A stretch of DNA of 63,996 nucleotides, counting the filler, from Vicugna vicugna (lineage: Eukaryota): the NCBI GenBank assembly GCA_013265495.1. It is 74 parts of 73 records of this genome, joined end to end, with 100 filler letters (N's around TTAATTAATTAA, not from the genome) between each part and the next. Parts side by side here need not be neighbours in the genome. Positions count along the whole stretch, not along the records: positions 12,942 to 13,937 come from MU063616.1; positions 14,038 to 14,999 come from MU063617.1; positions 15,100 to 15,839 come from PNXW01030317.1; positions 15,940 to 16,643 come from PNXW01030318.1; positions 16,744 to 17,468 come from MU063618.1; positions 17,569 to 18,313 come from PNXW01030321.1; positions 18,414 to 19,659 come from MU063620.1; positions 19,760 to 20,196 come from PNXW01030328.1; 66 more parts are not named here. One strand, given 5' to 3'. This document shows, one piece after another, positions 12,942 to 26,031 of the stretch. A program made the translations under genes and the position numbers. The notes under the pieces were generated by a model that saw only the letters and a program-made list of their open reading frames with translations, searched no databases and was not told where the DNA came from. The stretch's first letter is position 1. Each line of letters opens with the position of its first letter.

Positions 12942-13937
12942 AGCTTGTTAAAATGTGTACACGTGTCTAGATGAATATATTCCTTTAAGAGAGGATGAAT
13001 GATTAGTATTCCACATGCTCTCAACTCAAAATGCATGTTTATCAAATCCGTCATGTATGTAGCATGTACGGAACACGGAATATCATGTAGATGGAATCTA
13101 TTCAAATTACATATCTCTAGGGTAGAATTCGCTCCAAGAGTGTTTTTTCGGGATCAAAGTGTGATTCTTGAAACTGGTGATAGGCAAAATCTGCGAAGTC
13201 AAAATAAATATATCAAAGTGCATAGGTAAATTGTTGGGTGTTTGAAAATTCAGCCAGGCACATGTTCACAACTCAGAAATTTAAGTTTGAGGAATCCGTG
13301 ATGCATGAATCATGTTCGTAATACGGAATGCCATGGTTATGTAAACAATGTAAATTACATGTGTATTTGTGAGAATTCGCTCAAAGAGTGTNNNNNNNNN
13401 NNNNNNNNNNNNNNNNNNNNNNNNNNNNNNNNNNNNNNNNNNNNNNNNNNNNNNNNNNNNNNNNNNNNNNNNNNNNNNNNNNNNNNNNNNNNNNNNNNNN
13501 NNNNNNNNNNNNNNNNNNNNNNNNNNNNNNNNNNNNNNNNNNNNNNNNNNNNNNNNNNNNNNNNNNNNNNNNNNNNNNNNNNNNNNNNNNNNNNNNNNNN
13601 NNNNNNNNNNNNNNNNNNNNNNNNNNNNNNNNNNNNNNNNNNNNNNNNNNNNNNNNNNNNNNNNNNNNNNNNNNNNNNNNNNNNNNNNNNNNNNNNNNNN
13701 NNNNNNNNNNNNNNNNNNNNNNNNNNNNNNNNNNNNNNNNNNNNNNNNNNNNNNNNNNNNNNNNNNNNNNNNNNNNNNNNNNNNNNNNNNNNNNNNNNNN
13801 NNNNNNNNNNNNNNNNNNNNNNNNNNNNNNNNNNNNNNNNNNNNNNNNNNNNNNNNNNNNNNNNNNNNNNNNNNNNNNNNNNNNNTGCACTTATTCGAAC
13901 CTGGTGTTAGGGAAAGCTTGTTAAAATTTGTACACGT
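12942..13937 (+). repeat. Satellite B fragment
   Basis: B subunit sequence. Confidence 0.93.
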
Positions 13938-14037
13938 NNNNNNNNNNNNNNNNNNNNNNNNNNNNNNNNNNNNNNNNNNNNTTAATTAATTAANNNNNNN
14001 NNNNNNNNNNNNNNNNNNNNNNNNNNNNNNNNNNNNN

Positions 14038-14699
14038 TCCAAGTTCTTAATTCTATATACAGAATTCTGTATTCTATATTCTTAATTCTGTGTCCTGCAT
14101 TCCAAGTTCTTAATTCTATATACAGTATTCTGTATTCTATATTCTAAATTCAGTGTTCTATATTCTATATTCTAAATTCTATATTCAGAATTCTGTATTC
14201 TATATATTAAATTATATGTTCAGCATTCNNNNNNNNNNNNNNNNNNNNNNNNNNNNNNNNNNNNNNNNNNNNNNNNNNNNNNNNNNNNNNNNNNNNNNNN
14301 NNNNNNNNNNNNNNNNNNNNNNNNNNNNNNNNNNNNNNNNNNNNNNNNNNNNNNNNNNNNNNNNNNNNNNNNNNNNNNNNNNNNNNNNNNNNNNNNNNNN
14401 NNNNNNNNNNNNNNNNNNNNNNNNNNNNNNNNNNNNNNNNNNNNNNNNNNNNNNNNNNNNNNNNNNNNNNNNNNNNNNNNNNNNNNNNNNNNNNNNNNNN
14501 NNNNNNNNNNNNNNNNNNNNNNNNNNNNNNNNNNNNNNNNNNNNNNNNNNNNNNNNNNNNNNNNNNNNNNNNNNNNNNNNNNNNNNNNNNNNNNNNNNNT
14601 GTTCAAAATTCTGGGTTCTATATAGTCTATTCTATATTCTATATTGTTTGTTCTTCATTTTATACTCTACATACTATATTTTGCTTTCCGTAGTCTATA
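14038..14699 (-). repeat. Satellite E fragment (reverse, TTCTATA/TTCTGTA units)
   Basis: Heptamer periodicity on the pyrimidine strand. Confidence 0.9.
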
Positions 14700-14999
14700 T
14701 TTTTTTTTAACATTTTTATTGATTCATAATCATTTTAAAGAGTTGTGTCAAATTCCAGTGTTCAGTACAATTTTTCAGTCATACATGGATATATACACAC
14801 TCATTGTCACATTGTATTCTCTGTGATTTATCATAACATTTTGTGTATATTTCCCTGTGCTATACAGTGTAATCTTGTTTATCTGTTCTAAAATTTTGAA
14901 ATTCCAGTCTATCCCTTCCCACCCTCTACCCGCCCCCCACCCCAGTAACCACAGGTCTGTATTCTCTGACCATGAGTCCATTTCTGTCCTGTATTTATG
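14700..14999 (-). mobile_element. LINE-1 3' UTR with poly(A) end abutting satellite E
   Basis: Poly-T, TTTATT (AATAAA), TTTCCCTGTGCTATACAG and CCAGTCTATCCCTTCCCACC. Antisense homolog of the 3' end of 54287-54808. Confidence 0.85.
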
Positions 15000-15099
15000 N
15001 NNNNNNNNNNNNNNNNNNNNNNNNNNNNNNNNNNNNNNNNNNNTTAATTAATTAANNNNNNNNNNNNNNNNNNNNNNNNNNNNNNNNNNNNNNNNNNNN

Positions 15100-15839
15100 C
15101 ACATGCTCACAATTCAGAAACGCATGTTTGCCGAATCCGTCATGTGTGTAACATTTACGAAATCCGGAATGCCTTGTTGATGGAATGCATTTAAATTACA
15201 TATCTGTTAGGTGGAAATCGCTCCAGAAGTATTTTTCTGTGAAAAATGCACGAATTCTAAGCTGGTGTTAGGGAAAGCTTGTGAAAATCTGTACACATTT
15301 CTAGAAGAAAATTTTCTTTTATAGAGGATGAAACATCAGTAATCCACATGCTCTCAACTCAGGAATGCATGTTTTTCGTATCCGTCATGCATGTAGCATG
15401 TACGGAACACGAGCATGTAGCATGTACGGAACACGGAATATAATGTAGATAGAATCTATTCAAATTACATATCTCTAGGGTAGAATTCGCTCCAAGAGGG
15501 TTTTTCTGGGATCAAAGTGTGATTCTTGAACCTGGTGATAGGAAGAAGCTACGAAGACAAAGTATATACATTTAAGTGCATAGATAACTTGTAATGATTA
15601 AAACATCAGTCATGAGCATATTCATAACTCAGAAATGCATGTTTGAGGAATCGGTATTGCATGAAACATGTTCGGAATTTGGAATGCCATGGTTCTGTAA
15701 ATAATGTAAATTACATGTGTATTGGTGAGAATTCGCTCAAAGAGGCTTTTCTAGTGCCAAATATCCGATTATAGTACCTGGTGACAGAAAAAAATTATGA
15801 AGTCAGAGTAAATATTTCTAAGTGTGTATATGTCTTGTT
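15100..15839 (+). repeat. Satellite B, nearly one full ungapped trimer
   Basis: Three related subunits in the same order as 54909-55669. Confidence 0.95.
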
Positions 15840-16743
15840 NNNNNNNNNNNNNNNNNNNNNNNNNNNNNNNNNNNNNNNNNNNNTTAATTAATTAANNNNN
15901 NNNNNNNNNNNNNNNNNNNNNNNNNNNNNNNNNNNNNNNAAACAATAAGTTGAAGAGGCCCTTCCACATGAGAGTGGGGGTGTTTCCTAAATAAATTTCA
16001 GAGTTTTACTCTCCAAAAGCTAAAGGCCTTTGTGGTCCAGGCTGATGCAACAAAGTTTAAGATGGTAAAATATCTGAATATTGGTACAAAGAATTGCTTA
16101 GAATCCAATTTATTTGCGTGGCCACCATATGTACAAAATACTTCTACCTTTTGTATGGCAGAGTCCAAGGTTCCCTTTAAAAAAAAGTACACATATATAC
16201 ACATACATACACACACTTTAAACACCTAGAGAAAGATAAAACATTTACATATCAAGGACACAGAAAGAGAAATCCAAGTTACCCCTAAAGGGGATTTTGT
16301 TTTTATAAGTTCAGAATTCCAAAAAATGTTTTTATCAGGCCTGGTTAGTTACTTTCAGAGTGAGTTTTTTTTTTATGTTGTAAGATTTGTACGTATATAA
16401 ACCTGGCTGGGGTAACAGTTGGAGGCTGGCAATCTGTCATTTCTTTTTATTTCTTTTCTGTTCTTAATTTTTTTGAAAGTTCTATTCCCCATTGTAAGGT
16501 CGGGTTCTCAGAATAAATTTGCTAGTAAGATTTCCTGCAGGAACAACTCTATGGCATGAAGTCTTTGCCTCTACCACTCCTGCAAGATTCTGTCACCAGA
16601 GAAATCTGTTACCAGCCAGGAGGAGGGCCTCATTTTTGGAGTTNNNNNNNNNNNNNNNNNNNNNNNNNNNNNNNNNNNNNNNNNNNNTTAATTAATTAAN
16701 NNNNNNNNNNNNNNNNNNNNNNNNNNNNNNNNNNNNNNNNNNN

Positions 16744-17468
16744 TCAAACATGCATTTCTGAGTTGTGTACATGCGCATGACAGATGTTTCAACCACAAAC
16801 AAGTTAACTATGCTCTCTGAAATATTTACTTTGACTTCGTAGCTTCTTCCTATCACCAGTTTCAAGAATCACACTTTGATCCCAGAAAAACTCTCTTGGA
16901 GCGAATTCTACCCTAGAGATATGTAATTTGAATACATTCCATCTACATGATATTCCGTGTTCCCTNNNNNNNNNNNNNNNNNNNNNNNNNNNNNNNNNNN
17001 NNNNNNNNNNNNNNNNNNNNNNNNNNNNNNNNNNNNNNNNNNNNNNNNNNNNNNNNNNNNNNNNNNNNNNNNNNNNNNNNNNNNNNNNNNNNNNNNNNNN
17101 NNNNNNNNNNNNNNNNNNNNNNNNNNNNNNNNNNNNNNNNNNNNNNNNNNNNNNNNNNNNNNNNNNNNNNNNNNNNNNNNNNNNNNNNNNNNNNNNNNNN
17201 NNNNNNNNNNNNNNNNNNNNNNNNNNNNNNNNNNNNNNNNNNNNNNNNNNNNNNNNNNNNNNNNNNNNNNNNNNNNNNNNNNNNNNNNNNNNNNNNNNNN
17301 NNNNNNNNNNNNNNNNNNNNNNNNNNNNNNNNNNNNNNNNNNNNNNNNNNNNNNNNNNNNNNNNNNNNNNNNNNNNNNNNNNNNNNNNNNNNNNNNNNNN
17401 NNNNNNNNNNNNNNNTTGCGAAATCTCACGAATACACATGTAATTTACATTGTTTAAATAACCATGGC
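16744..17468 (-). repeat. Satellite B fragment (reverse)
   Basis: Reverse complement of B. Confidence 0.92.
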
Positions 17469-17568
17469 NNNNNNNNNNNNNNNNNNNNNNNNNNNNNNNN
17501 NNNNNNNNNNNNTTAATTAATTAANNNNNNNNNNNNNNNNNNNNNNNNNNNNNNNNNNNNNNNNNNNN

Positions 17569-18313
17569 TGAAAGCCGTCCTTCACGTAGCTTTAAGGGAA
17601 CACAAAGTTTCTTGTCACTTGCAAAGTATACTCCATGCATATATATGTGGAGGTACAAGCTCCAACTCGGTTTTACAGTGCAAACCGCAGGAACATCAAA
17701 CCGGCACTAGGAAACAGACTGAGAAACCAGAGTAAGTGTTTCTCCTCCAACACGATCCCTTTGGGCTGGATGAATGAACGTCTCTACACATGCACATTTC
17801 TGAGAGATAAGTATGTGTGAAAGCCGTACTTCACCTAACTTGAAGGGAAAAATAAGTTTTTTTCAGTTGCAAACTCCACACCATATATTTATATGGGGAA
17901 GTACAAGCTCCAACTCGGTTTTACACTGCAAATCGCAGGAACTTGAAACCGGCACTAGGAAAGAGTTTGAGAATCCAGAGTAAGTGTTTCTCCTTCAACC
18001 CGTTCCCTTTGTGTTGGATGAACGAAAGTCTCCTCACATGCTCATTTCTGAGAGATAACTGTGTGTGAAAGCCATCCTTCAACTAAATAGAAGGGATCAC
18101 AAAGTTTCTATTCAGTTGGAAAATCCAGTCCTTACATATATATGGGGAGGAACAAACTTCAAATCGGTTTTACAGTGCAAACCGCAGGAACTTCCAGCCG
18201 GCACTAGGAAACAGACTGAGAAACCAGAGTATGTATTTCCATTGCAACCCAATTGCAACCCGTTCCCCTTATGCTGGATGAACGAACGTCACTCCACATG
18301 CTCAGTTCTGAGA
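17569..18313 (+). repeat. Satellite family C (~248-bp monomer), ~3 copies
   Basis: TGAAAGCC anchor at 17569, 17818, 18066 (spacing 249, 248). CCGGCACTAGGAAA in each copy. Confidence 0.93.
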
Positions 18314-19759
18314 NNNNNNNNNNNNNNNNNNNNNNNNNNNNNNNNNNNNNNNNNNNNTTAATTAATTAANNNNNNNNNNNNNNNNNNNNNNNNNNNNNNN
18401 NNNNNNNNNNNNNGACTTAACATGTTAACATAATTCAGTGAAAGAGGACAAGGAAAACATAAAGAAAGAAAGATCAGAGGCGTGGCGAGTGAAGTGTGAT
18501 GAGTAAAGTGCTGAAACTTTTCTCACTTCTGACACCTAATCTCATTCATTTTGGCTTAATTTCCTTCCAAGTCCTTCCTCATTTGATTAGCTTCGAACTC
18601 GTTTATGTAGTTGTCCCACAGCAAAGATAACCTTATTTTATGATATGAAAAGAAGATTCAGGTTGTGGAATTTAATGAGGATTACATTTGTAGTATCTTA
18701 TTGTTTTCTTCTATTTAGTTTTTTGCCCAGAAAGTAAATAACTGTGTTTTGACCAATGAGGCGGTAAAATTGTTCAATATTTGCTCAACATCAGTGAGTT
18801 TGGGGAGGGGGAGGGTAGTGACAGTGATAGAGCTTTTTCTCTTTAATAGCGACTTGTTTTGTTCAAAAGTACACACAACCATTTGCCCTTTGGAGCTGTA
18901 GGTGTTTGTTCAGAGCAGAAGAGCCCTTTTATATCAGTTCAGAAGGAGGATCGTACACGTTNNNNNNNNNNNNNNNNNNNNNNNNNNNNNNNNNNNNNNN
19001 NNNNNNNNNNNNNNNNNNNNNNNNNNNNNNNNNNNNNNNNNNNNNNNNNNNNNNNNNNNNNNNNNNNNNNNNNNNNNNNNNNNNNNNNNNNNNNNNNNNN
19101 NNNNNNNNNNNNNNNNNNNNNNNNNNNNNNNNNNNNNNNNNNNNNNNNNNNNNNNNNNNNNNNNNNNNNNNNNNNNNNNNNNNNNNNNNNNNNNNNNNNN
19201 NNNNNNNNNNNNNNNNNNNNNNNNNNNNNNNNNNNNNNNNNNNNNNNNNNNNNNNNNNNNNNNNNNNNNNNNNNNNNNNNNNNNNNNNNNNNNNNNNNNN
19301 NNNNNNNNNNNNNNNNNNNNNNNNNNNNNNNNNNNNNNNNNNNNNNNNNNNNNNNNNNNNNNNNNNNNNNNNNNNNNNNNNNNNNNNNNNNNNNNNNNNN
19401 NNNNNNNNNNNNNNNNNNNNNNNNNNNNNNNNNNNNNNNNNNNNNNNNNNNNNNNCCAAATAGAAAATGTATCTAGAATGCAGTAAGCACCAACTAGTGG
19501 CTGTAGGTGCTCCTGTTATTAAGTAAGAATATTTGATCTTCAGTAGCCATTCCTTCCTTCTGGTTACCACCTAGTCTAAAGTCTTGGTACCCTTCTGATA
19601 CTGATCTCCTGTTATTTTTTTTAAAGCAACTTTTATTGTGGTATGGATCCTATAGAGTANNNNNNNNNNNNNNNNNNNNNNNNNNNNNNNNNNNNNNNNN
19701 NNNTTAATTAATTAANNNNNNNNNNNNNNNNNNNNNNNNNNNNNNNNNNNNNNNNNNNN

Positions 19760-20196
19760 TGCTCTCAACTCAGGAATGCATGTTCGTCAAATCCGTCATG
19801 TATGCAGCATGTAATGAACACGGAATATAATGTAGATGGAATCTATTTAAATTATATATCTCTAGGTTAGAATTCGCTCCAGAGGGTTTTTCTGGGATCA
19901 AAGTGTGATTCTTGAAACTGGTGATAGGAAGAAGCTACGAAGTCAAAGTAAATATTTCAGAGTGCATAGGTAACTTGTTTGGTGCTTGAAACATCAGTCA
20001 TGCGCATGTTCACAACTCAGTAATGCATGTTTGAGGAATCCGTGATGCATGAAACATGTTCGTAGTACGGAATGCCATGGTTATGTAAACAATGCAAATT
20101 ACATGTGTATAGGTGAGATTTCGCTCATCGCTCAAAGAGTGTTTTCTGTTCCCAAAAGTCCGATTTTAGATCTTGGTGATAGAAAAAACTATGAAG
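19760..20196 (+). repeat. Satellite B fragment
   Basis: B subunit sequence. Confidence 0.93.
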
Positions 20197-20296
20197 NNNN
20201 NNNNNNNNNNNNNNNNNNNNNNNNNNNNNNNNNNNNNNNNTTAATTAATTAANNNNNNNNNNNNNNNNNNNNNNNNNNNNNNNNNNNNNNNNNNNN

Positions 20297-21111
20297 AAGT
20301 GCAATTCAAAACTATAATGAAGTATCACTTCCCAATATTCATAATGGCCATCATTCAAAAGTTCACACACAATAAATGCTGGGGAAGCTGCGGAGAAAGG
20401 GAGCCCTCCTACACTGTTGTTAGGAATGTAGATTCGAGCAGTCACTTTGGAAAACAGGATGGGGATTCCTTTAAAGTATAAAAATAAACTTAACAAATGA
20501 TCCAGCAATCCCANNNNNNNNNNNNNNNNNNNNNNNNNNNNNNNNNNNNNNNNNNNNNNNNNNNNNNNNNNNNNNNNNNNNNNNNNNNNNNNNNNNNNNN
20601 NNNNNNNNNNNNNNNNNNNNNNNNNNNNNNNNNNNNNNNNNNNNNNNNNNNNNNNNNNNNNNNNNNNNNNNNNNNNNNNNNNATATTCTGCAATAAAAAA
20701 TGATAAAACAATGACATTTGCAGCAAAATGTATGTCCCCAAAAAGTGTCATTCTAATTGAAGATAGCCAGAAAGAGAAGGAAAAATAATACATGACATGA
20801 CATATGTAGAATCTTAAAAAATAATTTGGATGTGAACACTATGATTTCATCTACAAAACTGAAACACACTTGCAGAACTACTTAATAATCTTATGGTTAC
20901 TGCAGAAATGGGCTGGTAGAGGATATATTTGGGAGCTGTAGATTTATAAATGTCATGCACTATATATAAAAATAAATGTTTTCAAAATTTATTTTGCATA
21001 ACACAGGGCAGTAAGTCAAATACCGTGAAGTAACATTAAAAAGGCACAGAAATATATGCATTTACTGGGACACTGTGCTAAACACCTCAGATTGACACAT
21101 TGTAAATGGCA
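20297..21111 (+). mobile_element. LINE-1 ORF2 C-terminus and 3' UTR, decayed
   Basis: AAATGCTGG...GGAGAAAGGGAGCCCTCCTACACTGTTG and ATGATCCAGCAATCCCA motifs. Confidence 0.88.
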
Positions 21112-21784
21112 NNNNNNNNNNNNNNNNNNNNNNNNNNNNNNNNNNNNNNNNNNNNTTAATTAATTAANNNNNNNNNNNNNNNNNNNNNNNNNNNNNNNNN
21201 NNNNNNNNNNNCAATGTGGATAAATCAAAAGCAGAAACAAAGTCTTTGGTTTCTTCCATGATAACTCAGAAAGGTATGAAATTATGGACATACCCAATCT
21301 CAGTTAAAAAGAACGCCATTTTAAAAAAGAATGCACTTCAAGTTAATGATCTATTTAAAATGGAGGATAATAAAGAAAATCAAAAATGCCTCATGACTTA
21401 TTTCTTTAAGAATCACTGCATTTCTTTAAGATAGTTTGAAGTGAGCAAAATGAAAGATCATTAATAGCTGTGTTACAGAAATGGACAGGAGTATGCTACA
21501 AATTATGTTAATCTCTTTATTAAACTAGAAGCAATTGCATAAATTAATTCCCAAATGACTTAATAGACTGATGGTGAAATGCCAGGGATTAAGAATGAAA
21601 AAATTAACCAAAAACAAAACCAAATCCCCCTTCCTCCTCCCTCCACAGTCATCCTCACTCTAGTCAATCTTCACAGAAAGAAACNNNNNNNNNNNNNNNN
21701 NNNNNNNNNNNNNNNNNNNNNNNNNNNNTTAATTAATTAANNNNNNNNNNNNNNNNNNNNNNNNNNNNNNNNNNNNNNNNNNNN

Positions 21785-22534
21785 GCAGCCTCCTTCACTG
21801 TTATATCCTGCAAACCCCCCTAGCATTCCCTGCAACAGAGACATGAGGAAAACCCTCAGAGTCGATGAGCACAGTCATTCCCTTAGAACCAACGCGCTGC
21901 CGACCGTTGGTGGAACATCCCGACTCTCAGGATTCCTTGAAACTTAGTCATTGTGTGGGGGAGCACGAGAGACAACTCCACGCAGCTCTCTTCATTCACA
22001 GGTGTTCCCTGCACCGGGAAGTCCGAGAAATCCCTTCCCTGACCTTGGGGAGGCAGCCTCTGTCACTGGGATAACGTGCAAACCCCCCTAGCATTCCCTG
22101 GCACAGAGACATGAGGAAAACCCTCACGGGAGTCGAACACAGGCATTCCATTGGAACCCACGCGCTGCCGACCGTTGGTGGAACCTCCACAATCTCAGGA
22201 TTCCGGAAGCATTGTCATTCATTGAGGGAGCTCGGGAGACAACTCCACGCAGCTCTCTTCATTCACACGTGTTCCCTGCTCGGGGAAGTCCGAGAAATAC
22301 ATTCCCTTACCTTGGGGAGGCAGCCTCTGTCACTGGGATTTCCTGCAACGCTCCTAGCATTCCCTGGCACAGAAAAAGGAAAAACCTGAGGGGAGACGAG
22401 CACAGGCATTCCCTTAGAACACACGCGCTACCGACCGTTGGTGGTACGTCCCCACGCTCAGGATTCCGGTGGCATTCTCATTGAGTTGAAGAGCTCCAGA
22501 GACAACTCCACGCAGCTCTCTTCAGTCACAGGTG
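21785..22534 (+). repeat. Satellite A, ~2.8 ungapped monomers
   Basis: Three CCGACCGTTGGTGG cores about 267 bp apart. Confidence 0.95.
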
Positions 22535-22914
22535 NNNNNNNNNNNNNNNNNNNNNNNNNNNNNNNNNNNNNNNNNNNNTTAATTAATTAANNNNNNNNNN
22601 NNNNNNNNNNNNNNNNNNNNNNNNNNNNNNNNNNCTATATTAAAAATTTGGGGTTTCTACTTTATGCATGTGTATATGTATATATATATATAAATAATAT
22701 TTACATTATCACTTTGTTTCATAGAGAATTTGAGTTACTAATCATCTATAGGAGAGTTAACGAGCAATTCTTTTGAATTATAGCAAGAAATTGCTGCAGC
22801 TAATGTCAGTCCCCTCTCCCAAAAATCTAAGCTATAAAATACTCTAAGATCCTTAAATGAATTGTTCACTTAATCTTAGAAATAGGTCAATATTCAGAAG
22901 TTGAGTCTAATTCA

Positions 22915-23070
22915 TTTGGAATTACAGGATTTTAGACCTGAGGGCACCTGAGCCATCATTTAATTCAGATGCCTTATTTTATAGAAATATGAGTCCCAAT
23001 GGAAAAGCTACTGCACAGTTTTTTAGTGGCATTGTTAGACCTAAAACCCTAATCTAAGACTCAGTCATAT
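22915..23070 (-). mobile_element. Possible MIR/MIR3 SINE relic
   Basis: ACAGGATTTTAGACCTGAGGGCACC...CCTTATTTTATAGA resembles MIR3/MIRc. Confidence 0.4.
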
Positions 23071-23667
23071 GCCTTTCATGATATAGTAATCAGATCTCAT
23101 CATAAATTCTAGGAAATGGTCCTTTTTCTGGATTTGATTATATCTTACGTTATTTAAACTAAGGTAGTCATCATCTGGGCAGAAATTCTTTTGTAATATG
23201 AAGGTATATATTTAATTTTTTATAAAATTTTTCATCTGCATAAGATTTCTAATGATTTTTGTACAATTAGCAGTAATACTGACCATCTATAAATGAAACA
23301 GATATATATTTTAAACATCTGATAGGAGATATATATTGGATGGGACAGTTAGGTAAGAAAAAAAATAAAACTAGAGCAAAAACCTATGTTTAAGTGACTG
23401 TATTGTTAATCAGCACCCATATTGTTAATCAGCACCCCTTGTGGGACTTAAAAATTACCCATTTTTTAAGGATAGCAACACTAAAATATTAACCACGTAA
23501 ATATTAACCTGCAAAATATGACTTATGAAATAAAAGATCAAACAAATAAGAAAAAGCACCTAAGTTCNNNNNNNNNNNNNNNNNNNNNNNNNNNNNNNNN
23601 NNNNNNNNNNNTTAATTAATTAANNNNNNNNNNNNNNNNNNNNNNNNNNNNNNNNNNNNNNNNNNNN

Positions 23668-24072
23668 TTCTCACTGAAAAATACTTCTGGAGCTATTTCC
23701 TCCGAACAGATAGGTAATTTACATGAATTCCATCCACGTGGCATTCCGGGTTCCGTACTTGCTACATGCATGATGGATTCGGGATACATGTGTTTCTGAG
23801 TTGTGAGCATATGGATTACTGATCTTTCATCCACGAAACAAGAATATATACACTTAGAAATATTTACTCGGACTTCATATGTTTTTTTCTATCACCAGGT
23901 TTTAAATCAGAGATTTGGCACCAGAATACACTCTTTGAGTGAATTCTCACCAACACACATGAATTTACATTTTTTACTTAACCATGGCATTCTGTATTCC
24001 GAACATGTTTCATGCGTCACAGATTCGTCAAACATGCATTTCTGAGTTGTGAACATACGCATGACTGATGTT
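23668..24072 (-). repeat. Satellite B fragment (reverse)
   Basis: Reverse complement of B. Confidence 0.92.
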
Positions 24073-24172
24073 NNNNNNNNNNNNNNNNNNNNNNNNNNNN
24101 NNNNNNNNNNNNNNNNTTAATTAATTAANNNNNNNNNNNNNNNNNNNNNNNNNNNNNNNNNNNNNNNNNNNN

Positions 24173-24978
24173 GCAGGATATCCCAGTGACAGTGTCTGCC
24201 TCCCCAAGTTCAGGGAATTTATTTCTCGGTCTTTCCCGACAGGGAACACCTGTGAGTGAAGAGAGCTGCGTGGAGTTGTCTCTCGAGCTCCCCCACGCAC
24301 TGACAATGGTTCCGGAATCCTGAGCGTGGGGAGGTTCCACCAACGGTCGGCAGCGCGTGGGTTCTAACGGAANNNNNNNNNNNNNNNNNNNNNNNNNNNN
24401 NNNNNNNNNNNNNNNNNNNNNNNNNNNNNNNNNNNNNNNNNNNNNNNNNNNNNNNNNNNNNNNNNNNNNNNNNNNNNNNNNNNNNNNNNNNNNNNNNNNN
24501 NNNNNNNNNNNNNNNNNNNNNNNNNNNNNNNNNNNNNNNNNNNNNNNNNNNNNNNNNNNNNNNNNNNNNNNNNNNNNNNNNNNNNNNNNNNNNNNNNNNN
24601 NNNNNNNNNNNNNNNNNNNNNNNNNNNNNNNNNNNNNNNNNNNNNNNNNNNNNNNNNNNNNNNNNNNNNNNNNNNNNNNNNNNNNNNNNNNNNNNNNNNN
24701 NNNNNNNNNNNNNNNNNNNNNNNNNNNNNNNNNNNNNNNNNNNNNNNNNNNNNNNNNNNNNNNNNNNNNNNNNNNNNNNNNNNNNNNNNNNNNNNNNNNN
24801 NNNNNNNNNNNNNNNNNNNNNNNNNNNNNNNNNNNNNNNNNNNNNNNGGTTCCACCAACGGTACGCAGCGCGTGGGTTCTAACGGAGTGCCTAAGCTCGT
24901 GTCCCCTGAGGGTTTTCCTAATGTCTCTGTGATAGGGAATGGTATGGGGGTTTGCAGGATATCCCAGTGACATACGCT
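24173..24978 (-). repeat. Satellite A fragment (reverse)
   Basis: A core in reverse. Confidence 0.95.
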
Positions 24979-25078
24979 NNNNNNNNNNNNNNNNNNNNNN
25001 NNNNNNNNNNNNNNNNNNNNNNTTAATTAATTAANNNNNNNNNNNNNNNNNNNNNNNNNNNNNNNNNNNNNNNNNNNN

Positions 25079-25931
25079 AGGGCCTTGGTTCTTATAAAAT
25101 CGCTTAACTTGTCTACCCTGTTGTGTTGCCTGACACGGAGTGCTGTAGATAGGTTGGGTTGGGCTCTAAATCCAAGTATTAGCGAGTGCTTCTCCATGGG
25201 ATTTGGAGGTTATTAACCAAAAACCCACAACATGGGAATACCTGTGCTCCTTGAAATGAGTGTGGTCTCTGTATCCCCACCACCAGAACACACAAGAAGA
25301 AGTTTTCTGCTATCCTGAGTGTGGGCTGGCAATTTCAGGTGACAGAAGCGGCTGGGTTCTAATAGAATCCCTTAGCTTGTAATCCCTGAGTGTTTCCCTA
25401 GNNNNNNNNNNNNNNNNNNNNNNNNNNNNNNNNNNNNNNNNNNNNNNNNNNNNNNNNNNNNNNNNNNNNNNNNNNNNNNNNNNNNNNNNNNNNNNNNNNN
25501 NNNNNNNNNNNNNNNNNNNNNNNNNNNNNNNNNNNNNNNNNNNNNNNNNNNNNNNNNNNNNNNNNNNNNNNNNNNNNNNNNNNNNNNNNNNNNNNNNNNN
25601 NNNNNNNNNNNNNNNNNNNNNNNNNNNNNNNNNNNNNNNNNNNNNNNNNNNNNNNNNNNNNNNNNNNNNNNNNNNNNNNNNNNNNNNNNNNNNNNNNNNN
25701 NNNNNNNNNNNNNNNNNNNNNNNNNNNNNNNNNNNNNNNNNNNNNNNNNNNNNNNNNNNNNNNNNNNNNNNNNNNNNNNNNNNNNNNNNNNNNNNNNNNN
25801 NNNNNNNNNNNNNNNNNNNNNNNNNNNNNNNNNNNNNNNNNNNNNNNNNNNNNNNNNNNNNNNNNNNNNNNNNNNAGAACCTGGGATTTAATAGAATCCC
25901 TCAGCTTGACTTCCCTAAGTGTTTTCCTAGG
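25079..25931. repeat. Satellite D fragment
   Basis: GGGCTCTAAA..CAAGTATTAGCGAG and CTGGGTTCTAATAGAATCCCTTAGCTTG motifs shared with 52487-53048. Confidence 0.88.
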
Positions 25932-26031
25932 NNNNNNNNNNNNNNNNNNNNNNNNNNNNNNNNNNNNNNNNNNNNTTAATTAATTAANNNNNNNNNNNNN
26001 NNNNNNNNNNNNNNNNNNNNNNNNNNNNNNN

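Noticed and set aside
21216..21434. 72-aa Lys-rich ORF (similarly 10224-10972, 44161-44532, 50268-50702)
   Set aside because: No recognisable homology, and composition simply reflects local base bias
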